A stretch of 64,000 bases of DNA from NCBI GenBank assembly GCA_002269645.1, contig NIVC01000406.1, forward strand, positions 446,724 through 510,723, given 5' to 3'. The translations under genes and the position numbers were made by a program. The notes below the pieces were generated by a model. It was not told the DNA's origin. It worked only from the letters and a program-made list of their open reading frames with translations, and searched no databases. Shown one piece after another: positions 38,788-51,761 of the stretch (position 1 is the first letter of the stretch; the number at the start of each line of letters is the position of its first letter). The stretch comes from Macrostomum lignano. Lineage: Eukaryota.

Positions 38788-41700
38788 CGTAGTTGAGGAT
38801 CAGCCGGGCCGGACGCAGGAAGTTGGGTAAGCTTGAAACCTGGAAACTTGGTTGAAATCTGTCCTGCACCTGTGTGTGTGCTGTCCTGCACCTGTGTGTG
38901 TGCTGTCCTGCACCTGTGTGTACTGTCCTGCACCTGTGTGTGTGCTGTCCTCCACCTGTGTGTGCTGTCCTGCACCTGTGTGTGTGTTGTCCGCCACCTG
39001 TGTGTGAGCTGTCCTGCACCTGTGTGCTGTCCGCCACCTGTGTGTGAGCTGTCCTCCACCTGTGTGTGTGCTGTCCTGCACCTGTGTGTGCTGTCCGCCA
39101 CCTGTGTGTGAGCTGTCCTGCACCTGTGTGTACTGTCCTGCACCTGTGTGTGTGCTGTCCTGCACCTGTGTGTGCTGTCCGCCACCTGTGTGTGTGCTGT
39201 CCTCCACCTGTGTGTGAGCTGTCCTGCACCTGTGTGTGTGCTGTCCTGCACCTGTGTGTGTGCTGTCCTGCACCTGTGTGTGTGCTGTCCTGCACCTGTG
39301 TGTGTGCTGTCCTGCACCTGTGTGTACTGTCCTGCACCTGTGTGTGTGCTGTCCTCCACCTGTGTGTGTACTGTCCTGCACCTGTGTGTGTGCTGTCCTG
39401 CATCTGTGTGTGTGCTGTTCGCCACCTGTCTGTGTTGCCATTTTCTTTTATCACGTGAGAGCCTGTCGCAGCTGCTCCCCCACTCTGCTCAAACGCAAGC
39501 AGAGGCGCACCGCCAGGTGCCGCAGCTTCGCCCAGCGGAAGGCATTGGAAGCTGAGCCAGAGCGCGGCGGACGCGGAGATCAAAGAAGCTATTGTTCCTC
39601 AAATCGGATCTCTTCAGCAGTTTGCGTAAGTCGAAAAAAACCCGATGGCTGAGGGCATAGCTAAGAAAACCTTGGATTCATCCAATTTGAGTTGCTTCAC
39701 AATGCACTGATGGCATTCTTAATTCAATTAACATTGAGAAAGCTTTGGGACGTCTTGTCCAATTATTTTTCTTTCAGTGAAGGGAATTTTTTATCTCTGT
39801 TACATAGTCTTATAATTTTGGAGCTCTGAGGGCTTATCGTTTCTCCTGAGATGGGCTTATCGTTTCTCCTGAGATGGGCTTATCGTTTCTCCTGAGATGG
39901 GCTTATCGTTTCTCCTGACATGGGCTTATCGTTTCTCCTGACATGGGCTTATCGTTTCTCCTGAGATGGGCTTATCGTTTCTCCTGACATCGGCTTATCG
40001 TTTCTCCTGAGATGGGCTTATCGTTTCTCCTGACATGGGCTTATCGTTTCTCTTGAAATGGGCTTATCGTTTCCCCTGACATGTGCTTATCGTTTCTCCT
40101 GACATGGGCTTATCGTTTCTCCTGACATGGGCTTATCGTTTCTCCTGACATGGGCTTATCGTTTGTACTGAGATGGGCTTATCGTTTGTACTGACATGGG
40201 CTTATCGATCGTTTCTCCTGACATGGGCTTATCGTTTCCCATGACATGTGCTTATCGTTTCTCCTGACATGGGCTTATCGTTTCTCCACACATGGGCTTA
40301 TCGTTTCTCCTGACATGGGCTTATCGTTTGTACTGACATGGGCTTATCGATCGTTTCTCCTGAGATGGGCTTATCGTTTCTCCTGACATGGGCTTATCGT
40401 TTCTCCTGACATGGGCTTATCGTTTCTCCTGACATGGGCTTATCGTTTCTCCTGACATGGGCTTATCGTTTCTCCTGACATGGGCTTATCGTTTCTCCTG
40501 ACATGGGCTTATCGTTTTTTCTGACATGGGCTTATCGTTTCTCCTGACATGGGCTTATCGTTTCTCCTGACATGGGCCCTTTTTACTGCAGTCATTGCTA
40601 TTGTCCCCCCTCAACGTACTTTTATCTGCCGAAGCTTACGGGGGGAATTGCTGAGACGCCAAGACTCAAAGGGGAAGCTGATATCTTAGGCGAGAAAGCT
40701 GGAGTGTACACGAATTTCTATAATTCCAGTTCATTTAAAAACATATTTATTCGTTTCTTCGTTATTAATTTTCCATAAACTTGGGAGTTTCGTGTATGCT
40801 TACTACGGACATCATGGGCGTGGTTTTCATAATTTCACAATTTCAATTCCAATTTGTTTGGCTATCGAACTGACTTGTTTCAACCATCGCCATTTATAGA
40901 AAAAGTATAATTCGTGTACTTTTTGACACGAAGTCTCCAGATTTGTCAATCAAATATGAGCAATCGCTGATCCAAAAAAATTTAATCCCCTCTGCTCACC
41001 GCTCAGACAGAGGGGCCTCATCAGCAGCCAGGAGCTCCGTTTTCACTCTCAGCTTCGCCCGCTCACTGCACGCAAAAGAGATTTCTGCGTTTTCAAAATC
41101 AAGAAAGCTCGAATAATGGCTTTAATGGAAGGGAGTACACTGGGGAAGAGTCTGGGCGCTTCATCAGCGGCTATCAATTTCCTGAACATTACTTAATATT
41201 TCAATTTACCAATATGAACTTAGGAGAAATTTGTCCTTCATGTGCTGTCCAAAAATTTCCCGATTTAGCAACTCGCAAGCGGCTGACGATACAGAAGTTC
41301 GGCTTCGGAGGCGCAACGAATCGCGAGCTGAGCAGCCCCGAATCAGGGAAACCACCTGGCTGATTGCTGCGGCGCCAACGAATGCGGCGCAGGGAAATCC
41401 TGCGGTGCGGAATAGCGGCGGACAGAATTTCCACGTGGGGAATCCTGCCATGGGGAATCTGAGGATTCCCAGCACTGGGAATCCCGATTGGGAGAATCCG
41501 AGGAATTCCAGCTCTGCGAATCTCGGCATGGGGAATCCAAGGAATTCCAGCTCTGGGAATCCCGGCATGGGGAATTCGAGGAATTCCAGCTTTGGGAATC
41601 CCGGCATGGGGAATCTGAGGATTCCCAGCACTGGGAATCCCGATTGGGAGAATCCAAGGAATTCCAGCTCTGGGAATCCCGCCTAGGGAATTCGAGGAAT

Positions 41701-44235
41701 TCCAGCTCTGGGAATCCCGTTTGGGAGAATCCGAGGAATTCCAGCTCTGGGAATCCCGGCATGGGGAATCCGAGGAATTCCAGCTCTGGGAATCCCGGCA
41801 TGGGGAATCCGAGGAATTCCAGCTCTGGGAATCCCGCTTGGGAGAATCCGAGGAATTTCAGCTCTGGGAATCCCACTTTGGAGAATCCAAGAAATTCCAG
41901 CTCTGGGAATCCCGGCATGGGGAATCGGAGGAATTCCAGCGCTGGGAATCCCGGCATGGGGAATCCGAGGAATTCCAGCGCTGGGAATCCCGGCATGGTG
42001 AAAGCGGCAACCGCTTCAGCACAGTTTAACTCGACGACATCAAAGAAGAAGCCGAGGCGCACCTGGTCGATTGAGCGACAGCGGCTCAACTGGCAGAAGG
42101 CGGAGAACGGCCGTCTGCCGTGGTTCCTTCGGCGACAGGTGCCGGAGACTCCGCTGATCGAAGTCGCGAGCAGCACAGCGAAGGTTTGCCTCAAATGGCC
42201 TCTTCAGTAATAATTTGGATTCAGCTCGGACTGCACAAACCTCAGGGATTCCAGACTGCTACATTGAAAGACCCGTGTAGCAAAGTGGCTGCTTAATGAA
42301 AACACGTCAGCTCTGAGGAAAATTGCTAATTTAAGATCTTAATTGATAGTGACAGCAGAGCGCGTGAGAATTTGAAGATGCGAAGCGCTAGATAGGGGAG
42401 ACATGAGGTTAAAGAGGAAATTTGATCAGCTGGAAATTTTTATAGATTTAGAGGAATATGAAGCAAGTAATGTATGGAACTAATGGAATTAGAAGCAGCA
42501 GTGGGATCAGAGGGGAGAAATGGGATCAGAAGATGAGAAATGGGATTAGAGGGGAGAAATGGGATCAGAAGATGAGAAATGGGATTAGAGGGGAGAAATG
42601 GGATCAGAAGATGAGAAATGGGATTAGAGGGGAGAAATGGGATCAGAAAGGGAGAAATGGTTTAGAGGGGGAGAAATGGGATCAGGGGTGAAGAGATGGG
42701 ATCAGAAGGGGAGAAATGGGATCAGGGGTGAAGAGATGGGATCAGAAGGGGAGAAATGGGATCAGGGGTGGAGAGATGGGATCAGGGGTGAAGAGATGGG
42801 ATCAGAAGAGGAGAAATGGGATCAGGGGTGAAGAGATGGGATCAGAAGAGGAGAAATGGGATCAGGGGTGGAGATGGGATCAGAAGGGGAGAAATGGGAT
42901 CAGGGGTGAAGAGATGGGATCAGAAGGGGAGAAATGGGATCAGGGGTGAAGAGATAGGATCAGAAGGGGAGAAATGGGATCAGGGGTGAAGAGATGGGAT
43001 CAGAAGGGGAGAAATGGGATCAGGGGTGGAGAGATGGGATCAGAAGGGGAGAAATGGGATCAGGGGTGGAGAGATGGGATCAGGGGTGAAGAGATAGGAT
43101 CAGAAGAGGAGAAATGGGATCAGGGGTGAAGAGATGGGATCAGAAGGGGAGAAATGGGATCAGGGGTGAAGAGATGGGATCAGGGGTGAAGAGATGGGAT
43201 CAGAAGAGGAGAAATGGGATCAGGGGTGGAGAGATGGGATCAGAAGAGGAGAAATGGGATCAGGGGTGGAGAGATGGGATCAGAAGGGGAGAAATGGGAT
43301 CAGGGGTGAAGAGATGGGATCAGAAGGGGAGAAATGGGATCAGGGGTGGAGAGATGGGATCAGAAGGGGAGAAATGGGATCAGGGGTGGAGAGATAGGAT
43401 CAGAAGGGGAGAAATGGGATCAGGGGTGGAGAGATAGGATCAGAAGGGGAGAAATGGGATCAGGGGTGGAGAGATGGGATCAGACGGGGGAAAAGGGATT
43501 AGAGCGGAGACATGGGATCAGAAAAAAGCAATGAGAGCCAGATTCCTCAATGAACTTTCCCGAATCCCTGTCAAACTTTTCCAGACCAAAACCTGCAGCG
43601 TTTGCCGGCGCAGCTTCGATCCCGAGCGCATCGCGGCCCACCGAGGCGCCTGCGGCAGCGGAGGCGGCAGCGACGCACGTCAAGACGGCGCAGCCAGCAT
43701 CGTCTGTTTTGTCTGTGGTGGAGCCGCGGGTTCCTCAGTGTCGTCGGCCGCTCTTCACGAGAGCCGCTGTCTGGCGGACTGGCGGGCCAGCGTTGCCGAC
43801 CTGCCGAGGCGGCTGCGCCCGCCGGATCCCAACCGGCCAGCCGTCGCTGCCACCGGCGCCTTCGCAGAGTACAACCGGCTGGCAGCGGAGGCGGCCCAGG
43901 CTGCCATGCCGGGCTGCCCGCGATGCCGGAGGAGGCACCGGCCGCACCGCCTGCTCGCTCATCTGCAAGCCTGCGGCGGAGGCGGAAGCGGAAGCGGAGG
44001 CAGAGGCGGAAGCGGAGGCAGAGGCAGAGGCGGAAGCGGAGGCAGAGGCGGAAGCGGAGGCGGAGGCAGAAGCGGAGGCGGAGGCAGAGGCGGAAGCGGA
44101 GGCGGAAGCGGAAGCGGAGGCAGAGGCGGAAGCGGAGGCGGAAGCGGAGGCGGAAGCGGAGGCGAAGGCAGAGGCGGAAGCGGAAGCAGAAACGGAGGCG
44201 GCCTAATCGGCAACACAAAGAATCAAACGCACTGA
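38780..44235 (+). CDS. ZNF474: ZNF474-like C2HC/C3H-type zinc finger protein with an internal 13-aa repeat and Gly/Ser tail; one -1 frameshift near 41685
   Basis: Phase-consistent exons 38780-38826, 39503-39625, 41269-42183, 43585-44235. Fingers CSVCRRSFDPERIAAHRGAC, VCFVCG..SAALHESRCLADW...LPRRLRPPDP, CPRCRRRHRPHRLLAHLQAC, plus a degenerate WQKAENGRLPWFLRRQVPETP unit. Last exon is high confidence; upstream exons are moderate. Confidence 0.72.
38860..39430. repeat. 20-22-bp intronic minisatellite TGTCCTGCACCTGTGTGTGC
   Basis: Visible. Confidence 0.93.
39832..40575. repeat. 23-bp intronic minisatellite GGGCTTATCGTTTCTCCTGACAT, ~32 copies
   Basis: Visible. Confidence 0.95.
41432..41997 (+). 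repeat. 39-bp minisatellite, probably coding (GNPRNSSSGNPGM)n
   Basis: Visible unit GGGAATCCCGGCATGGGGAATCCGAGGAATTCCAGCTCT; unit length is a multiple of 3 and it lies within the predicted exon. Confidence 0.85.
42490..43490. repeat. 20-bp dimeric intronic minisatellite (GGGATCAGAAGGGGAGAAAT / GGGATCAGGGGTGGAGAGAT)
   Basis: Visible alternation of two unit types. Confidence 0.93.
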
Positions 44236-45009
44236 CGCGAAGTTCAGAAAGTTCTGCAGGCTGATTGGTGTGGCTGACCTTCAAGATCTGTGGCCAAATT
44301 ATTTAGCATTGTCAAACACATTTAATTAACACTGCTGCATCACAAGTACGCTGCGACCAACCAAAAAGACACGTGTCTGACAAAACATTGACAGGCTGCG
44401 CTAATGGATTCTGCCCAGTTCATCACCTGGTTTAACCAACGATTGATTAATCTGACAAATCCCCGCACTGTTGTAATACCTTTGCAAAGTCCTTTCTCGG
44501 GTGACATTTAGGTGACACCTGTGTGTTTCAACATGCCCCGTCACTGCTACGAGCAGCTGTTTGCGAATTCAAACATGCAAGGCTGTTTAGAATATTTAAA
44601 GTACTACTATCAGTAAGTAGACTGGTTGGCTTGCTTCACTCCATTGATCGCCTGTTAATTATAAGAAGCATTTTGCACTGCCGTAGTCAAAAAATTTCAC
44701 TGCCAAATTTTTTTTCGATAAGATAGCCTAAATTAGTCTGCCCAGACGCACACAGAAGCCTCGAGACCGAATGTCACTTACTGACCAGACTAACCAGCTA
44801 GTGCAGTAGAAAAATGAAGCCAAAACAATCTTGGCAACTAATTTGAGGAGAGAATTTTGTGCCATTTTTTGTTTTTGTTGTTTTATTTTGCCCAAGACAT
44901 TGCATGCAGGGCCCGTCAGTTGCCAAGCTGCCACAAAAGAATTCTCAGGTAGGATTTGTCTCTGCTGATTAACTCTGCTCACTTCAGTTAGCTCCCTCTT
45001 GATAGAGTG

Positions 45010-45470
45010 GATTAGACAGGTGTGGAATAAACAGGTGGAATTAAACAAGTGTGAGATAGACAGGTGGGGAGTAGACAGGTAGAGAATACACAGGTGGGGA
45101 ATAGACAGGTGGGGAATAGACAGGTGGGAATAGACAGGTGGGGAATAGACGGGTGGGGAATAGACAGGTGGGGAATAGACGGGTGGGGAATAGACAGGTG
45201 GGAATAGTCAGGTGGAGAATAGACAGGTGGGGAATAGACAGGTGGGGAATAGACGGGTGGGGAATAGACAGGTGGAGAATAGACAGTGGGGAATAGACAG
45301 GTGGGAAAAGACAGGTGGGAATAGACAGGTGGGGAATAGACAGGTGGAGAATAGACAGTGGGGAATAGACAGGTGGGAAAAGACAGGTGGGGAATAGACA
45401 GGTGGGGAATAGACAGGTGGGGAATAGACAGGTGGGAAAAGACAGGTGGGGAATAGCTCGTAGACAGGCG
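45010..45470. repeat. 15-16-bp minisatellite AATAGACAGGTGGGG
   Basis: Visible; the same family recurs at 47045-47290. Confidence 0.9.
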
Positions 45471-45942
45471 GGGACTCTCTTCCACTTCGCTTAACCGCAT
45501 TTTTCAACCTCCTGATCCTCCCTTCATGCCCCTAATCAAGGGATCAGGGAAATCTATCCTTCAATAAGTGCGTTATCTCTGAGTCAGCCAGTCCAATTTA
45601 AACCAAGGAGTTTGGTAGCTCAACCCCGCTGCATCCTCAAGGCAAATCATTGAATAAAATAGCAAATTCTAAGCGACTGCCGGTCAATTGAAACGCCTCT
45701 GCTCAAGACGGAAGCCGGCTGGCAGAATTTCACCCCAACCAAGTTGGCAATATCCGCGCATTGGCTTCCATGCCGCCATCAATAGGGGATAATTCTCCCC
45801 ACTCAGCCAGCCAATCCCCAAAGAGCCGATATGTGATGGGGAATACAATGGGAAGCAGCCCAGCCTAAAAGCTTAGATTTTTTGTGGCAACTCAAAGGGA
45901 AGCTGCAGGGTTCAACACGAGGTTTCAGCGCTCTTTGGAAGC

Positions 45943-48900
45943 ATGACGGAGCTGCTGCAGCGAAGTCGCAGCTCACGCTCCGACGGCGACTTCAGCATCG
46001 TCACGTCCAGGACTGAGCAGCAGATGCCGCCCATTCTGATCGACTTCAGGGGCTCCCGGCGGTGCACCCGAGGCTCCCTGCCAGCCCTCCTGCCCGACGA
46101 CCTCTGCAGCAGCGACCGGAGCTGCGACAGTCACCTGAGGCAACGGCGGCACCCTTGCGACGATGTGGATGACTGCCAGCTGCACAAAAGGCACCATGCA
46201 CAGCTCGGCGAGCATCCAGACGGCCAAGACCAGCACCCAGCCAGCGGCGGTGGCAGGCTGACTCGCCGAGAGCTCCAGGAGATGCAGCGGCACAGAATAG
46301 TAGGACAATGATAAAGCTGGCACAGCCTCTTTCATGCCAATTCCAGTCTGGCGTGGGCAGGTGTTCCCTTAGCACGACTTTTATTGCACCTCATCAAGTA
46401 TTCCGGCATCAGCTTTCCCCCGACACAGCAATGACCGGTGATCAGTCACAGCCCACTCGGATATTATGACAACTCTTCCAGGAAAATGTTCTGTTCAAGC
46501 ATGCAGGCCTCTGCATCGCATGTTTTAAATATATTCATAGTTCTACTCGTAAGAGCTATTGATCCATTTCATTAGCTTCTATGAAGCTGTTCTTTGCACT
46601 TCAGTTCTGGATGAGGCCAGCATTAAAGCATCTGCGCTTGTGTTGGGAGCGAATTCTGATTTTCAAACCCGCTCCATCACCCTACCTTAATCACCAAGCC
46701 CCTGGGGTTAATAATTAATTGCAAGACAAGACATGTAGAAAGAATATTTTCGTCGTTCTTTACGACCCTCTTCGCGCTGTCTGTCCTGGATCTCTGCGCC
46801 TCCATGCGAGTCAATGTGAGCGACCTAGTGGGCTAATAAACACACAGCTCTTCTGCAGCCTCCTCTGTGCTGCATCACTAATCCATGAGCTTGCACTACT
46901 CACCCCTCCTGCTCCTCCTCCTCCTCCTCCTCAATCATCCGCACTGTTTCCAGGCGGCGGCCAAATTTAGCAAGTCCATCCGGCTGGTGGTGATCATGGT
47001 CACGTGGATCCGGGTCATGCTCAAGAGGTGAGTAGAGGCAGCAGTGGAATACGAATAGATAGGTGAGGAATAGACAGGTGTGGAATAGACAGGTAGAGAA
47101 TAGACAGGCGTAGAATAGACAGGCGGGGAAAAGACAGGTGGGGAATAGACAGATGGGAATAGACAAGTAGAGAATAGACAGGCGCAGAATAGACAGGTAG
47201 GGAATAGACAGGTGTGAAAAACACAGGTGAAGAATAGACAGGTGGGGAATTAGACAGGTGAGGAATAGACAGGTGTGGAATAGAAAGGTGTGGATGGCCA
47301 AATGTAAAATGCAACATGATCTAACAAACCCGATTTCAGAAAGAACTACCAGGAGGACGAGAGCGTGAAGGTGGTGGACACTTTGAAGGGTTTCACCATT
47401 GAGAACTCCGACCTGACGTTCGATCCATCCTATTTTCGAGCTAAACGCGAGGTCAGAAATTAAGCTCTACACTCTGTACTAGATTTTAGATAACTTAAAA
47501 AAATCTCAACGCAATTGTCGAGTATACACTCGTACAGTCGCAGCAGTCATAAAATTTTGTCAAGCAGATCGACCTGACAGGCGAGATGAAGGCCATCCTG
47601 CAGCTGGAGCCGCAGGCGCGCACTACGGAGCAGGTGCAAACGGTGATGTACGGTCTGCAGACCCTGCCGACCTTCAACGAATACCCGCTGCGCACCCAGG
47701 AAAAGCTGGCAAGGGTGGCCTTCTACCAGTCTGTGCCACCGGGCCGTCTGATCATCCGGCAGGGTCACATCGGGGTCAACTTCTACATCATCATCAGGGG
47801 CCGCGTGATTGTCAGCGTCATGCAGGAGGACCGGCGGACCGGCGACACTCGGACCAACATTGTGGCCCGGCTGGGCCAGGTGAGTGCTTGGCTAGATTAG
47901 CAATCCATTCTGGTCCTTCTGTTCAATATTGGCTGTGCTAGCAATCCGCTTCATCGCTCGCAGGGACAGTCCTTCGGCGAGGTGGCCCTGCTGCGGCAGG
48001 TCGCCCGCACAGCCAGTGTGGTCAGCCAGGACGCGACGCAGCTGCTGGGCATCGGGCGCGAGGAATTCAACGAGATCTTCACCAAGCCGGAGCCCGGTCG
48101 GCTGCTGCCCGGCCACGTAGAATTCCTGGCCGGCTGCGGCTTCATGCGCAGCTTCCCGCTGGAGCGGCTGACGCAGCAACCGTCTGCCTGCCTGCTGACC
48201 TTCTTTAGGCGCAACGCATTGATCGCACCGGACAGCAAGGCGCACCCGCACCTGGTGGTGGTCCGGTCCGGCTCCTGCCGGGTGGTCAAGAACCTCGAGC
48301 TGTCGGCCGACAGCTTAAACGGAGCGGCCGAGGACGAGGAGGCGGCTGGCGCAGCCGAGAGAAGCGGTGTCAGTTTCGGCAAAGATGTCGGCAGGAGCGG
48401 TGAGAGGCAGATGAGCAATGGTCACTGCGCTACTAAGTCTCATTGTAAAAAAGCGGTATTTGGTAGTAAAGAAAAGATAGCCTAATTGCACACCTAACTG
48501 CCTTGTTTATGCAAGTTGGAATTCAAATAGTAAGAGACTAAGGCTTCACATAGAAGTGGAATGAAAATTGGGGGACAAAAAGGTGAGACAATTAGCTCGT
48601 ATTTGGCCAGTGCTAGGAGTGCCTTGAATGCCTTTAAGTAAAAAGTCACCATTCGCGCGAAATTGCTCAGAGCCCAAAGTGGACACCTGGCGAAGAAGAC
48701 CCCAGGCATTCGCTGCCTCCATAACAGTTGGAAGCAAGCATCATCAAGGCCAGGTGTCGCCTCGGTATTGGCAGCCGCAGCCGGTGCAGCTCCAGGTATC
48801 CAGACACGAGCACCACGGCGCAGCGACGGTCCTGGAGGTGTCGCGGCCCGGGCATCATCCACATCAGCTGCAGGCGCTGATGGAAGCCGAGGAGCTGCCG

Positions 48901-49546
48901 GAGCGGCCGAAGCTGCGCCGGCGCCTGGCGATGAATGCCGGGGAGGAAAGCGGCGCGGAGAAGACAGTCGTGGCGGTGCAAGTCAGCACTCTGAAGCCTG
49001 GCGACGTTTTTGTGAGTTTCTGCCGCTTTGCTCAATCGGTACTTCGAGGTAGGGCGGGAGAGGCCACTGGAAGGTCAAGGCGATCTCTTGGCGTGTTTTA
49101 GCCATTCTGTTGGCATATAGCTAGCCAATGTTCCGCCTTTGTTTCAGGGCCTGTCTGACGTGATTTTCAAAGGCGAGAGCAATCCAGAGATTGAGGCGAG
49201 CGCCAGTGTGGCCTTGGTAAGATAGCTTTAATACACGATGGTGACGTCTATCGCATTGATTGGAATCCGTGCACCAATGCGCAACTTGTGTGTGAACTGA
49301 TGCACCGCGCACTACTCTTCACAGGTGAGCAACGGCGCCGAATGCGTACTGCTCAGCAAGGCCTTCTTTGTACAGCACGCTACGGAGCAGGTGCGACGCG
49401 ATGTACGTGAATTGGCCAGGCCCTACCCAGAGGAGGCCGTGTTTGAGGACAACTACCGCTGCCAGGTCGCCTGGGACAAGTACAGGCGGCGATTGTTCCG
49501 CGACACCCTGCGGCGCATCGACGCGGCGCGCGGTGGCGATAAGTGA
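45943..49546 (+). CDS. CNBD2: Cyclic nucleotide-binding domain-containing protein 2-like (two CNB domains)
   Basis: Exons 45943-46299 (tentative), 46954-47027, 47340-47451, 47568-47879, 47964-48399, 48671-49011, 49148-49216, 49325-49546, all phase-consistent. Motifs LTFDPSYFRAKRE, IIRQGHIGVNFYIIIRG, GQSFGEVALL..ARTASV, LKPGDVFGL, VSNGAECVLLSKAFF, AWDKYRRRL. Confidence 0.9.
47045..47290. repeat. Intronic copy of the AATAGACAGGTG minisatellite family
   Basis: Visible. Confidence 0.85.
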
Positions 49547-50314
49547 CAGCGATTTTGATGTCTTTTGAACGATCACAAATGGCAGTTTGGACTGACAATT
49601 TGCTTGTTTTCCAAAACAAAACGCCTGTTTGCATATACTGGAGTAGACATACCACAGTGAGCGAACTATACTTGATTGCAATTCATGCTCAGACTTGGAA
49701 TCTTCGAGTCTCAATACTATGGTAACAGGCTTCCACTATTTGTGGATACAAACATAAGGTTTTGTTTTAATATGTGTTGCATTGTGGCATGCTTTCTCAC
49801 TAGTTATGCTACTGTTGCGCTTGTGCAAAAATTATGGACTAAAAAGCAAAACCACAGATTTTGTAAAAAACGATCTCACAAATAGGTGAACATATTGGCA
49901 CTCGTAAGACACTCGTACATTCAAGATCTTGATTGCGCTTCTAGTTGCTCATCGACGGGTCATGATGCATTGCAAAATCAACACTAAAAACGATTTGTCT
50001 GCCTGTCGTATTGTATACTAGAGGGCTATGCAAAGAGATGTCGCAATACTACTTGAAAATTTTACTGCTTGCTAATAATTTCAGCATTGGCTAACAGACT
50101 AAAGTTGATAAAATGGCTTAAAAAATCTAGCAAGAAGTTCCACTTGCAATTATAGAAATCTTCTTCAGGCTACAAAAAAGTGCAGTTAAGGGCTCTAAGG
50201 CTTTGCAAACAAAGGAAGGACAAAAAAGGAGTCATATGAATGAACATTGAACTGTTTTTCAGTAGAAGATCATGCAAGTATTTCCAGAGCCAAGAGTGCT
50301 TAATTCAAGCCAAC

Positions 50315-51046
50315 TCAAAGATCCGACATGAAGTAAACAGGCTGGTTGAAGACGGGAACTTTGAATCTTTCTGCGCGCGACGGACATTCTGTTGAACCAA
50401 GAAACTCCACCCGGTACTGGCCGCTGAAGAGGCTGCGGGCGCACTCCTCTGTGATGGCGTGCGGCGGACCCGCGTACTTGCTGCGGTCGTAATCGGCCAG
50501 CTCCATCAGCCAGGCGTGCTTGGCTTCGCACAGCTCTCTCACACGGCTGACGTACTTCGCACGGTCAGGGACGTCTATGGCTACAAGGGCTGCCCTGTCC
50601 CACACAAGCTGACACGACGACTTCAGCTCGGTCAGCAAGCTGTCTGAGAACAGGTCTCCCAGGTAGAACTTCAGCCTGCCGTCCGAGCTCTCCCAGCACT
50701 CGACGCCGGGACCCACTGATCGACGACGCGACGGGTCGTCGCCGAGCTGCGGGTTCTCCGACAGCAGACGCTGCAGGGCCAGCTCGCTGATCTCGATGCC
50801 GCACACGGACGACACTTCGGGCCGGGCCAGCAGCCACGCCAGGTCTCGGGACGCTCCGCACAGCGGCACCAGCACCGACACGGCGTCTCTCTTGTCCTCA
50901 GGCAGCTGCGACACAGCGTAAGACCAAAACTCAACCAGACTACCGGTTACTTCCTCTTGATGGAATCCGGTGGCGCCACGTTCCCAACGACCCTGCCAAT
51001 CGTCTGGACTGACGGCATTTGATTCGAGAGGCTGGCTATCTGTCAT
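50315..51046 (-). CDS. TPMT: Thiopurine S-methyltransferase family protein, copy 1 (intact, intronless CDS)
   Basis: W..RW..G.TGFHQEEV, VLVPLCGASRDLAWL, CGIEISELA, YLGDLF, VWDRAALVAI..PDRAKY, YAGPPHA. Confidence 0.93.
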   Translation of the reverse strand: MTDSQPLESNAVSPDDWQGRWERGATGFHQEEVTGSLVEFWSYAVSQLPEDKRDAVSVLVPLCGASRDLAWLLARPEVSSVCGIEISELALQRLLSENPQLGDDPSRRRSVGPGVECWESSDGRLKFYLGDLFSDSLLTELKSSCQLVWDRAALVAIDVPDRAKYVSRVRELCEAKHAWLMELADYDRSKYAGPPHAITEECARSLFSGQYRVEFLGSTECPSRAERFKVPVFNQPVYFMSDL

Positions 51047-51761
51047 AGTTGATCTGCAAGGTTTGGTCATTTTCACTTTGCAATTCTTTACTAATCAAAC
51101 AGTTCGTGGCACTGACGCATAAGCTATAGGAGCAGGGCTGCAGGAGACAGATAGGACAATGAAAAGCAGGCACACTAAATCTGAAGCTGTAGTTTTAGTG
51201 TTAGGTATCAGTTATCTAGATACTGATGAAAAGAACCTACACTAAAAGTGCGCGATATTTTTTTAATCTAAAGCTGAATGTTGCTGGTAAATCAACTTTT
51301 AACAGAACAAGGTCAGTTTCATTCAAAGTCAGCGGCAAGGAGTTAAGAGATTAAACACACTTTTTCATAATGAAAATCAAAGACTGCATAGTGAATTCAA
51401 GACACGAGCTCGTAAAGTCACGTGCGTTTCTAATTAAAAATGCACGAATAAAAAATTGTCTGCTAATAAATCAGGCCTCAGCTCTAATGCACGAACTGTG
51501 CTGGCAATAAGCACGCATGCTCATGGAGTGAGATGGGTTTCAAATACATGAACTCGATGGCAACGGAGAAGATAAACTAACGATTGACAAGCCTTATCAC
51601 CAAATGAAATCATATTGCTTATTAGTCAGAGAAGACACAAACTGAAGTATTCAGGAAATCAATAGAAATCCGGAATTATGGCAATTCCGCACTGAATTTC
51701 AAAGTCAAAGACGATTACGTGATGAGTAGAATGGTGCTCTGAATCGCCATGATCCAGATAG

